From the NCBI GenBank assembly GCA_964019335.1, contig OZ025664.1, forward strand, positions 496,001 through 560,000: 64,000 nucleotides of DNA, read 5' to 3'. The notes beneath the pieces are model-generated. The model was given only the letters and a program-made list of their open reading frames with translations, was not told the DNA's origin and searched no databases. Origin of the DNA: Diplonema japonicum (taxonomy: Eukaryota > Protista > Euglenozoa: Diplonemea). Below, piece by piece: positions 21,402 through 31,190 of the stretch; position 1 is the first letter of the stretch; each line of letters begins with the position of its first letter. Position numbers and translations under genes: made by a program.

Positions 21402-21723
21402 TAGGACGTTATATTTCTCTCCCTTTTTTTTCTTTTTCTTTTTTTTTTTTTTTTTTTTTTGCCAGCCTTTTCAATTCCTTATCTCATTCTGCTTCTTTTT
21501 TTTGGTATTGCAGGACTACGCTGCAAGGCCAAATATATGCATTTCTTTTTCTCTCAATTTCTAGTTTCCGCGATCTTCTTTTACATTTCTGGTGTCTCAG
21601 GTTTTCTTCGTGCCCGGAACTTCTTTCCGACGCCACCACTTTTTAATATTTTTTTTTTTACACTTTTTGAAAGCCCGACTGTCGTTCCTTTACAAAAAAA
21701 AAAGAAATACCCCCCCCCCAGCA

Positions 21724-22568
21724 ATGGAGGACGGAGGGGAGGAGAACAACAGAGGAGGAACAGCATGGTTGCTAGCAGTGTGGTTCTGCAGCTTCGTGGT
21801 GCTGGCAGAGTCCGCGAGAACGTGTCATGAAGGGGCTTGTGGGGGGTACGTGGTTTGGGCAGTGACATGCGCTGTAACAGGGCTGGTGATAAGTAGCACG
21901 GCTTTGATTTTAGAAGTCGTAAAAAGCAATTTTTTAGCAGTTTCGTCCACACGGCAGCTGCTGCTCTGGACCGCCTTCACACTGTTGTGGGGTGTGGGTG
22001 CCGGGACGATGACGTTCGTGAAACCGTTTCACTCTCCTGCCGGGAACGGGTTCTTCGCCTCATGGGGAGCTTTCCTCACTTCGGTAGCAGCCTTCACCTC
22101 CCTGTGCCCTGCCTTACGCTCGGCCATATCTATCGTTGGAAAGACCTTGGTCTTTATAACCCTATTCTCCACCGTGCTTCTCATCCAAGGCATCTCCGAC
22201 TGCTCCGGCACAAGCGATGCATCCTGCTCCTCTAACCGGATCTACGCCATAGTCGTTGCATCGCTATCCATTGTAACATGTGCTGCAGACGCCTTTGCGG
22301 CCAAGACGCAGGCAAGCCCGAGATACGCAGCTAGTGTTCTTGTTGCTACATGGGCCGCCGGGTGGGCCATTACTTTCTCGGGGCCTTACGACTCTGTTGG
22401 GAATGGGTACTTGTCGATAACTGCTTCATTCGTGATGTCGTTGGGGAAGTGGGTCAAGGCGATGGGGTTCTTTGAGTACCTGAGACAGTACGACCTTGTG
22501 GCGCCTGAGGGGCAGAGTGACAGTGGCATTGCTGCGTTGCTGCCTGTGGTGGCGTTGTATGGAAAAAA

Positions 22569-22600
<32 letters not shown>

Positions 22601-22847
22601 CAGCGGGATGCCACCACCAAAAGCTGGCCAGCACCCCACTTCAGTGCCCCATCCTCATGCAGCGTGTGGGGTACCTCCTGTTGCCTCGTATGGTACTGCT
22701 AGTGAACCCACTGCTCCTCCTCTACCCGAAGGAGATGGTGTCGAGGGGGGCGGAACAGCGGCAGCCTCCGGTGAGCCTAGTGGGAAAAAGATAGCAGCAG
22801 AATGGCATTTCTGGCAACTGTTAACTGGTGGGAAGAAATCCAGTTAG
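21724..22847 (+). CDS. Multi-pass membrane protein (tandem paralogue 2); intron 22557-22603
   Basis: Shares CH.G.C.GYV.WA, MTFVKPF..PAGNG.F.SW, ISDCSGT..ASCS.NR.Y, VGNGYL with 20505-21401. 47-nt poly(A) intron (phase 2) joins to a Pro-rich tail. Confidence 0.8.
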
Positions 22848-23149
22848 AAATAAATGTTCTCTTTTTCTTTTTTTCTTCTTTTTTTTTAAGCGTTTGCTTT
22901 AAAAACCCCGTGTGTTGAGTTTAGCGTAAAAGGTGTTCTCTATTGTTTTTTGTGGGACATTGTGCCCTGGCATGTCTTTCCTTACGTTCGGTCTCTTTAG
23001 AATCCGTGAGGCCAAACCACTGTTTCAATCAGCCCTGTTTCTGTTTTCCGAGGGATATCGTCCCAATTTAAAGAATGAAAAGAAAAGAGAAAAAAAAAAA
23101 AGAAAAAAAGAAGAGAAAACAACTACAAACACGACAAGCGAATTTGGAT

Positions 23150-23530
23150 TTTCCACCAAACTCTGTAACCTGTTTTTTGCCCTTTGTCCACGGTAACTCG
23201 ATTATATTTCTCTATTGTCCACGGAAACTTGCAATTTCATATCCACCAAACACGTTTTCAAAATATTTTGTCCACCATCCACGGTAACCACTTTTGAAAT
23301 CCACCAACCACGGCAACTTGGCAGCATATTTCCACCATCCACGGTAACCTCGAAAATTATTTCCCATCATCCACGGTAACCTCGAAAATTAATTTCCACC
23401 ATCCACGGTAACCTCGAAAGTGTTTCCCACCATCCACGGTAACCACCAAGGCTTTTTCCACCTTCCACGGTAACTTCGAAAATTATTTCCACCACCACGG
23501 TATCCTCGAAAAGTTTTTCCACCTTCCACT
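23150..23530 (+). repeat. ~31-bp tandem array (about 12 units, core TTTCCACCATCCACGGTAAC); inverted counterparts at ~24410-24550
   Basis: CCACGGTAAC or close variants recur at ~31-bp spacing; the right end carries GGTTCCGTGTTTGGTGGAAA-type units. Confidence 0.9.
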
Positions 23531-23619
23531 GTCCTTTACTTGACTGACTCCAAACCTTTATCACTACTTACCACAGCCTTCTTTGATTTATTTCGCCTTC
23601 TACCTTATTCACAACCACG

Positions 23620-24267
23620 TTGCACGGCGTTCTAACTGACCCCCTGGCCAAGGACACCGTTTTCGCCACAATTGTGGGGACGGCGGTGGCCCTGTTTGGG
23701 TTTGACGAACGCAGAGCCAAGCAGAGCGTCAGAAAAAACAACCGTGCCACCATTTCTTTCCCTGTTGACAATTGCAACATGCGGATTTGCGCCGCTGTCC
23801 CCACCAAGAATGACGCAAGCCACAGTTTCGAAAGTGGCAAGCACACAACGTAGGTGGGCCTTGGGTTCTGCTCAAAGGGCCACAGTCTCTTTCTCTGAGT
23901 GGTGCCCAGGGGGGGTTGAGTGTGCTGCAGGGTTGGATGTGTTGAACACTCTGCGTCCACATTTGTGCTGTGGCCCGCGGGGCACAAGAACCACTTGGAT
24001 CTCCTTCCCAAGTGTTTTGCGGGTCGCCGTTTGGCGTTTAATGTATTTCGCCACCCCCCGCCTTCTGTCAGGGTCCTGTGTGAAGATAACCTCAAGCCCC
24101 CCGTTGTAACTCTAAGAACGGGGAGACCCTCGTTGGGGGATAAGAGGAAACTGAGCGAAGGAGAGGGGACACCTGCGGCAACTGCAAGAAAGTGGGGCAC
24201 AATACCCGTTCTTGCAAGAACCCCCACCACTCGACTGCTGCGTCACAGCCGCAGACTCCTCTTCTGA
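23620..24267 (+). pseudogene. Frameshifted C-terminal fragment of a MULE transposase
   Basis: Across frames: CC...LCVHICAVAR (SWIM-like, ~23920-23975), LKPPVVTLRTGRP, then TCGNCKKVGHNTRSC (CX2CX4HX4C, 24174-24215). Confidence 0.8.
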
Positions 24268-24917
24268 GCTGAAGCAGACCCAGCTAACGTAGTGTCATAG
24301 TGTAGAGTCATTCCCCCCCCCTTTTTTTTTCCTTTTGCCTAATCATTTATTCCTATTGTTGTAGTGCGCTCTATATTTCGCCAAATAGTCAAAAAAACGA
24401 AAATGCGAAAGGTTCCGTGTTTGGTGGAAATTCGAAATTAGGTTTCCTAAAGGAAAATTTTGATGGTTTACAGGGAACGGTGGAAAAATGAATTGGGTTT
24501 CCGTGTTTGGTGGAAAATGAAATTCGGGTTGGCTTGAACGGTGGAAAATTTTCATTTGGTTGTCATGTTTGTAGTTCTCAAAAAAGAATAAAACATCTTC
24601 CTCCTTCTCTTTCGAGTACATGTGCGATATTAAAAAACAAAAGAAAACCGAAGAAAGAGAAAAGTAAAAAAGGAGGGGGGGGGAAGCCGCATCACACATA
24701 AGTTAAGCTAAACCGGTACAAAAAGTAGCTTCCTCAGTAGAGGGAGAAAAGAATCATTCCTTTTCTTTTGTGTGGACATAGCGATCGGTTTTTTCCTTTA
24801 TCATAGTGAATTTTTTTTCTTTTTTTCTTTTTTTTTCCGAACAGTGCGCTTTGCACACTGAAACTTTTTTTATCGAAAAAAAAAGAAATATATATATATT
24901 TCCCCCTCTTATTTTCT

Positions 24918-24988
24918 TTAAAGGGGCAGCAAGACCTTTTGGCCGGGGTCTAGGTGTGTAACGACACCTCCCCTTAAGCGAGTCATTT
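24918..24988. repeat. Dispersed ~60-bp structured intergenic element, copy 2
   Basis: TTAAAGGGG..AGACC/GGTCT..AGGTGT/ACACCT..CCCCTTAA; homologous to 11359-11420. Confidence 0.7.
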
Positions 24989-25098
24989 CAAGGAAGCCAC
25001 AAAAAACCTTGGCTGACTTTTTTTTTTTTTCTTCCCCCCCCGCCCGCCTTCCATCCGCCCCCCCCCCCAAAAAAAAGAAGAAAAAAGAGAGGGGGAAA

Positions 25099-25485
25099 AT
25101 GATACCGCCTACGTATCGTAGAGTAGCCCGAACAGCAGTCGGGGGGATAGGGGGGCAGGGATGGTCCGCATATAGGCGGGTCTTGCGGCAGGTTCATAAA
25201 ACCTTTGAAGAGGACTACGGTTATATCTTGATGGGCAGAAACGAGGCGAGAAAAGCGTTCATGCTGAAAAGAAACGTGTCCGGTGATGACTTGAGAAAAT
25301 GCGTTGAGGAGGCTGATGCAACAATTGCAGAACTGGTTGGTAACGTGGCCCCTGTCTATGATGATAAAGGGGACAACAGGCTGAAGCTGTCTCAGGATCA
25401 GCTTATTGCGAATAAGACAGGCGCGGCTTTCTACTCACCGCATGACTTGGAGAAGGAACAACGCAAAGCGGTAGAACAGGTATAG
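25099..25485 (+). CDS. LYR-motif mitochondrial protein, LYRM7/Mzm1-like
   Basis: SAYRRVLRQVHKTFEED...RNEARKAF...EEA....L.GNV pattern; basic N-terminus. Confidence 0.72.
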   Translation: MIPPTYRRVARTAVGGIGGQGWSAYRRVLRQVHKTFEEDYGYILMGRNEARKAFMLKRNVSGDDLRKCVEEADATIAELVGNVAPVYDDKGDNRLKLSQDQLIANKTGAAFYSPHDLEKEQRKAVEQV

Positions 25486-25502
25486 GAGGGGAAATAAATA
25501 AT

Positions 25503-26340
25503 AACTATTGATTTATGAAAAATAAAGTGGACCTTATTCCCCGCGGGCTGATAATCTGTCCCGAGGGGGTGATTTTCACGAGCGAAGCGAGGGGAGAATC
25601 AGATTCCGAGGGACAGATTATCAGCCAAGGGAAAGAGGAAAGTCCACTTTAATTTAATACGTAATTTTATTTATTTTCTGGTTCCCGATGGTACTCCCAA
25701 ACCCCCCAAAGCTAGGAAGTCCAGGATTTGACATAACATTAAGACAGGGGGTTGCTTGCACTGCTCGTCCACGCCTTCAGCATGGCAGTCAACCTGGGCA
25801 GTCAAAAAAAAAGTCTTACAGTTTTGTGCTTATGCTTCATGGTATGGTTCAGGCGGCTATAAAGGGACCAGAGTTTGTACAGGGCATCGAACTACGTTAT
25901 CATGTCAGCCTCCCTGGGCTTTCTGGTGTGGATGCGGCTGAACTCGAATGAACTCCCTGAGGAACCTGGGTGCACCAGCGATGCATGGCCCTGTTCTCAT
26001 CCACCCAAACAGCTCCTTGGGCTGCGAGCGATGCTCTACTGCAGATGCCATCCATGACTGAAAGGCAAACCCCAACAGCCAACACCAGGATGCAACAGCA
26101 GAATGGTGACAGGCACGTGTAGGATCCCCTGTCCACGGTGGGCACCAACCATGGCACAAATACCGCAAAATTTTGTTGATTTTTCGGCCTCTTTTCTTTG
26201 AAGCCCCATTTTCACAAATCTGCTTAAAACATGAGGAAAAAAATAAAGTACTTTATTTTCCCTAGGGAAACATAATGAAAACTTTATTTTCCCGGCTCTA
26301 GCCAAAATTCCTTTAGAGGGAATCCAGAAAATAAATAAAA
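25503..26340 (-). mobile_element. Crypton-like (tyrosine-recombinase) DNA transposon relic, copy A
   Basis: ~130-bp imperfect palindrome 25523-25651 (perfect 17-bp arms 25546-25562 / 25610-25626 around GAGCGAAGCGAG). Palindromes AAAATAAAGTACTTTATTTT and TTTCCCTAGGGAAA at 26240-26270. Minus-strand remnant KPREADMIT*FDALYKLWSLYSRLNHTMKHKH..PRLTAMLKAW (25769-25945). Confidence 0.65.
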
Positions 26341-26670
26341 TAAAATAAAATCTTTTAGGACGAACGTGCGGTAAAGGGGCAAAGGTTACGGTCGTACAAA
26401 GCAAAGGTGAAATGTGTTTGAACGAGGGGGAAAAAAAAAATCAGGAGATGAAAGGGAAAAAAAAAAAAGAGAAAAAAAAAAAAGAAATTTCTTTTTTATC
26501 CTCAGTAGTGTGGTTCCGTTTTTTATCGTTTCAACCATCCTTTAATTAATATAACACGAATCACAACAATTACACACAGGACCACACGAAAAGAATCCCC
26601 CCCCTCCCCCTCTTTTTCTTTTTTAAGAATGTGGATAAACTGAGAAACAAAACAAAACAAAAAAAGAAGA

Positions 26671-27990
26671 ATGACACGATACCGCGAGGCAGACCCGCTT
26701 CTAGGGGAACAAGGCCGCAGCGTGAACAGGTACTCCGTGGTGAGTATCGTTGAAAGCGAACCTGATTCCCTCGGATCTTCCTTCTGCGGGACGCGACATC
26801 TCTTCACACCAGTGTGCCTCATACATGTGTTCAGCTATCTGGGGAGCATGAAAGAGCTTTGCGAAATCAGCACCGTGTGCAAGGAGTGGAGGCGGGTGGG
26901 AACATTGGATGTGTTTTGGAAGCCATTATGCGAGGTTTTAAGAAAAGGTTGGGACCTCCCACCTCCGAGCGGCGAGCCTGAGGACGAAATACGACAAGCG
27001 AACGAGGATTTCAACCGCTCTGTCCTAGAGTCGACACAGCGCGTTGATGTTAGATACGAAAACGGTGTTTGGTGTCGAAAATGCTTCAAAAAATTCCTTC
27101 TGCAGTCGAAGCCAGAAGACTGTTTGGATAAATTCCTGTCAGTCCGACGGTTTTGCGGTGTTGGTGCAAACTCCTCTTTGGACAAGCTTGCTGGCCCGTT
27201 CGTGCTAGTGTTCTTCGCTGTCACGTTTGTTTTCGGTACCATACCAAACCTCAGCGAAAGAATCTTCCAGGTTTGCTCGTGGCTCCTCATCTTCGGCTCT
27301 CTACCTTCCACCGCTTCCTCTGATAGTAGCGGTGACAGCACATCTGCAATATCTTCAGCCGGTCTTGGAGTGAACTGGATGATTCAACAAGCAGCATTGA
27401 TACCCCTAATAGGATGGAGGGTGACCTCTTGGTCACGATGTCCTATGTTGACAGTGTCCGGTACTGCCATAAGAGTCGTGCATATATTGCTGGCGATCGC
27501 ACCGGTGGGGTTCTTTTTCGTGCAACAGTTTGGTTTTTATTACTCGGCTTCGCTTGCTGGTCTGCACATAGCCGTCGCTGTGGAATGGTATACTGTGGTT
27601 AAAGCGTATTTTTTGGACTCGCCGGATTGGCACGCGCACTCGCATTCCCCTTGGCATGATTCGCTTCCTGGTTCCATGCATGCTACTGCGTTTCGGTTGA
27701 TTTGCATTCACGCTGTTATAGCGCTTCTTCAGGATTTGGTGCTGCTCACGTGGGCCTTTCAACTTGATACGGATGAGCTTCCTGTTTACGCTGCCGTGGC
27801 CCCATTCTGGCTCCTCAGCAGTTTCATCGTTTTCGGCTGCACTGCGGGTTATGGGTACCTCATTGTTATGTTGATGCGTGCAAAATGCCCGTGTTTTATT
27901 GGCGTCATGTGCACCTTCCTTTCCATCTGCGTCACGCTATCAGTTTTAGCCATGCCTATTCCGCTGGGGCTTCATGGGTCGCCTTGTTAA
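26671..27990 (+). CDS. F-box protein with multi-pass membrane C-terminal domain
   Basis: LIHVFSYL...LCEISTVCKEWRRV..LDVFWKPLC (F-box), followed by about 7-8 hydrophobic segments. Confidence 0.82.
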   Translation: MTRYREADPLLGEQGRSVNRYSVVSIVESEPDSLGSSFCGTRHLFTPVCLIHVFSYLGSMKELCEISTVCKEWRRVGTLDVFWKPLCEVLRKGWDLPPPSGEPEDEIRQANEDFNRSVLESTQRVDVRYENGVWCRKCFKKFLLQSKPEDCLDKFLSVRRFCGVGANSSLDKLAGPFVLVFFAVTFVFGTIPNLSERIFQVCSWLLIFGSLPSTASSDSSGDSTSAISSAGLGVNWMIQQAALIPLIGWRVTSWSRCPMLTVSGTAIRVVHILLAIAPVGFFFVQQFGFYYSASLAGLHIAVAVEWYTVVKAYFLDSPDWHAHSHSPWHDSLPGSMHATAFRLICIHAVIALLQDLVLLTWAFQLDTDELPVYAAVAPFWLLSSFIVFGCTAGYGYLIVMLMRAKCPCFIGVMCTFLSICVTLSVLAMPIPLGLHGSPC

Positions 27991-28022
27991 GGATAGGGTT
28001 TTATACCTGGGGTGAGGGTTTT

Positions 28023-28053
<31 letters not shown>

Positions 28054-28121
28054 GTTGTGCAATATGGAAAAAAAAAGCGTTTATAACCCGCAAGGATAGG
28101 GTTTTATACCTGGGGTGAGGG
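27989..28121 (+). repeat. 30-bp direct repeat pair (27989-28018, 28092-28121)
   Basis: AAGGATAGGGTTTTATACCTGGGGTGAGGG twice, each followed by a T-run. Confidence 0.9.
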
Positions 28122-28167
28122 GTTTTTTTTTTTTTTTATCCCATCTCCCTTTCCCCACCCCCTTTTT

Positions 28168-28718
28168 TTTTATTTATTTTCTGGATTTTTGGCAAAATAA
28201 GGTTTTCCATGTTTCCCTAGGGAAAATAAAGTACTTTTTTTTTTCCCTCATGTTTTCTGCAGATTTGTGAAAATGGGGCGTCAGAGAAGAAGAGGCCAGA
28301 AAATCAACAAAAAAAACTCGATCTATTTTTGCAGTATTTGTGACATGGTTGGTGCCCACCGTGGACAGGAGATCCTACACGTGCCTGTCACCATTCTGAG
28401 GTTGCATCCGGCTGTCGGGGTTTGCCATTCAGTCATGCGGTAAAAACATCGCTCGCAGCCCCTCTAAGTAGGGAGCTGTTTGGGTTCTAGTCCCTTTATA
28501 GCCACCTGAACCATACCATGAAGCATAAACACAAAATTGCAAGACTGGCGCGGACGAGCAGTGCAAGCAAGCCCCTGACTTTCCTCTTTCCCTTGGCTGA
28601 TAATCTGTCCCTCGGAATCTGATTCTCCCCTCGCTTCGCTCGTGAAAATCACCCCCTCGGGACAGATTATCAGCCCGCGGGGAATAAGGTCCACTTTATT
28701 TTTCATAAGTCAACAGTT
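28168..28718 (+). mobile_element. Crypton-like relic, copy B (inverted relative to A, internally deleted)
   Basis: Reverse complement matches both ends of 25503-26340; retains SLYSHLNHTMKHKHK remnant (~28490-28535) and the large palindrome. Confidence 0.65.
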
Positions 28719-29237
28719 TTTTTTCTTCTTTTTTTTTCTTTTTTTTTCTACACATTGCGTGATCCTAGACCAACATTGTGGAAAGGAGACGTTTTCACTA
28801 CCTATGGAGAGGAACCCTGTGTGTATCCCGTAAGGGGTGACAGAGAACTAAGAGAACAAGCAACAGCTGACAGTAACGGTGGGCATCTTTTGCACACCGC
28901 GAATAACGTGAAAAGATTTTGTGAAGTCCTGTTTTGATAGGGAGGGTTCGAGAGATATGCAGCGTTTTTTTTTTTTTTTTGGAGTGGTATTTCTGCAATT
29001 TCCCCTTCTCGGTGCGCGTAATACTTTGTACTTTTTTTTCTTTCTTTTCGGCACCCGCCAAAGCCCCCCCCCCAGAACAGGAACGGGGTCAAGTGCAGGA
29101 ATCTTATATTATTTGAGGACTTTTTGGCTGCCATGGACCATTCTTTTTTATTTCCTTTAGTCTCGGTGCGCCTCCTGTTGCCAAGTAGACAATGCTTGCG
29201 CAGGGCGCCACCAACACTGGCCTCCTTTACCTCTTAA

Positions 29238-30943
29238 CCATCTACTAACGGACCATTTTTGCCCACCAGGGGGTAAATTTTCAAAACATCAAAAAAAAAC
29301 TATTCTAGCGCAACGCTGGGGCTATATGCCCCCGGAAATGCCTCCAGATGTCCCAATTCTAGAGAGAGGGTGCCCACAGCAGGGCCCACCCCCACAACAT
29401 TGTCAAAAATATCGTTCCCGAAGTGCCCGAGAGGGGGTACAAAAAACAAGTCAAAAAGAAATCGACTGTAAAATTCTATAAAAAGCTATTTAAGGCCTTC
29501 TTGACGCGGTTCGTATGTGCCCCAGGGCTGGGGGACTTCTTTTTTTGACCCCGGGAGGGGTTTCTGGGGTATCCCCGGCAAGGTGGTAGTCTTTGAAGCA
29601 CGGAGTCACGCAAAGCTGTACCAAGCAGGCTGAACACTGAAATAGGGGTCTTTTCGACTTGCAATGCTTGCACCGCACGTTGCGGGGAAATGGTCCCAGA
29701 AGGTACTGTCGCGTCGCATTGGGGCCTCAGGGCACTCGTTCTGTGTTTCGGGGCATGGTATTGGGGCAGCCTGCTCTGTAGTTGACTTTAGCTGTTGTTT
29801 GGGCAGCCTCCCTAGTAGCCCTTCGATGACTGCCTCTTTGAAAGGCGTGAATCCACTGTCGTTCATACTCTGGGTGTTGGGGGGCAAGGCTTCTTTCCAA
29901 ACAAGCCGGGCATTTGCCAGAGATTTATCTAACAAGTACGAAAATACTTTCAGGGGCCACTTCGAAGTCATAAGGGTGCGTTTATGGCGTTTTGTCACGT
30001 CACCCAGCGTCGGTTCCGCCCATTGCGGTGTTGTAAATATGCACTTGGTGGGGAGCGGGATGTCCTTTCTGGAGGGCCTCCGGCTTTCATTCTCTTTTGG
30101 CCGACACGCCAGATTTGACTTCACCAGAGCATCCAACGTCGACAGAAAGCGCACAGGCTTGATGTCATGCCACGTTGTGGTGCAAAGGATGCTCACGTGC
30201 TGGTGGAACTGGGTGTCCCCACAGGGTGCGCGTCCTTGGGCATGCGGCCTCGCTTCTTTGGGGCATCCGTGATCTCCGGGAGGCCTTTGCGATAGGTAGA
30301 AGTCAGCACGCTTGTTTGTTTCGCTGTGGAAACACAGATTTCCCAGAATAGTCAAAAAGCGGTCTCTTGACATGACGGTGGCGTACCCAGGGGTGTAGTT
30401 GAGAGACGTGGAGCCAGTGTGCCAGTAATCAGAATAATCTGGCTTGATATCCAAGTCCATCGACAAAAGGGCACCTAGGAAGGTATGCAGAGAAGCAGCA
30501 TCGAGATCCAGGGAGACACCTTTTTTAGCCGCATTTGCCACATTGTTCGAAGTTATGACCCGAATAACGTTTGGGACGAGCATTTGGGAGAATATATGGT
30601 ATGGCGTTGAGCCTCTGATGTCAAAACAGGGTCCACAAGGATTCCGATCTTCACGAAACCGGATGCCTTCCAACTGCTCCGGCTTTGCCGTCCAATCACC
30701 CTGCTGTGACTCGGAATCGGTCGAATTCGTATCAGAATCACTGTTTGTATCAAAATTGCATAATAGGGATGAGCCATCAGTGCTGCCATCACTCATAACT
30801 CCTCTTCCGGCCTCTTTCTGGGTGCCCTTTTTTGAAGTGATTTTTAAGGGTAAATTTGGGCTGGCGTTTTTTTTTTTATTTTTTCATTTTCTTGCAAAGT
30901 TAGGGCAGCATTTAGTTTATATTTTTCATATTTTGGTAGATGG
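29238..30943 (-). mobile_element. piggyBac-superfamily transposon, internally deleted, copy 1
   Basis: TTAA at 29234-29237 and 30944-30947; TIR CCATCTAC(T/C)AA / TTGGTAGATGG; transposase remnants inside. Confidence 0.92.
29490..30796 (-). pseudogene. piggyBac transposase pseudogene (catalytic core deleted, frameshifts)
   Basis: FLGALLSM, DYW, VMSRDRFLTILGNLCF, WHDIKPVRFLST, KWPLKVFSYLLD.SLANA; out-of-frame YNTAMGGTD and C-terminal Cys-rich domain RCKHC...FQCSACLVQLCVTPCFKDYH. Confidence 0.9.
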
Positions 30944-31190
30944 TTAAATATATTTTTTCAACCTTTGATTTAAAAAAAAAAAAACACTTCACTTTGATCG
31001 TTAAGATCGGAAAGAAATAAAGTGACCCCCCCTCCCCCCCTCCTTTTCCCCCCAAAATGACAAACACTTACCCGATCCCGATGTAATCAAAGGGGGGGGG
31101 GGGGGGAAATAGTGATATTCAAACAACAGGTTTTATGCTCACAATTTCTTTCTCAGGAAGAAGAAAGAAAGAAAAAAAAAAAAAAAAGAA

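Larger units (their letters stand above)
23113..24579 (+). mobile_element. Defective Mutator-like (MULE) DNA transposon with subterminal tandem arrays
   Basis: Ends GAGAA(aaca)CTACAAACACGACAA ... TTGTCATGTTTGTAGTTCTC. 9-bp TSD AAAAAAGAA at 23104-23112 and 24580-24588. Internal SWIM and zinc-knuckle remnants. Confidence 0.85.

Noticed and set aside
23150-23530. CRISPR-like repeat array
   Set aside because: Variable parts are only ~10 bp and resemble each other, there are no cas genes, and the array lies inside a TIR/TSD-bounded MULE.
23568-24230. 220-aa minus-strand ORF inside the MULE
   Set aside because: The transposase motifs are on the plus strand; this ORF has no recognisable features.
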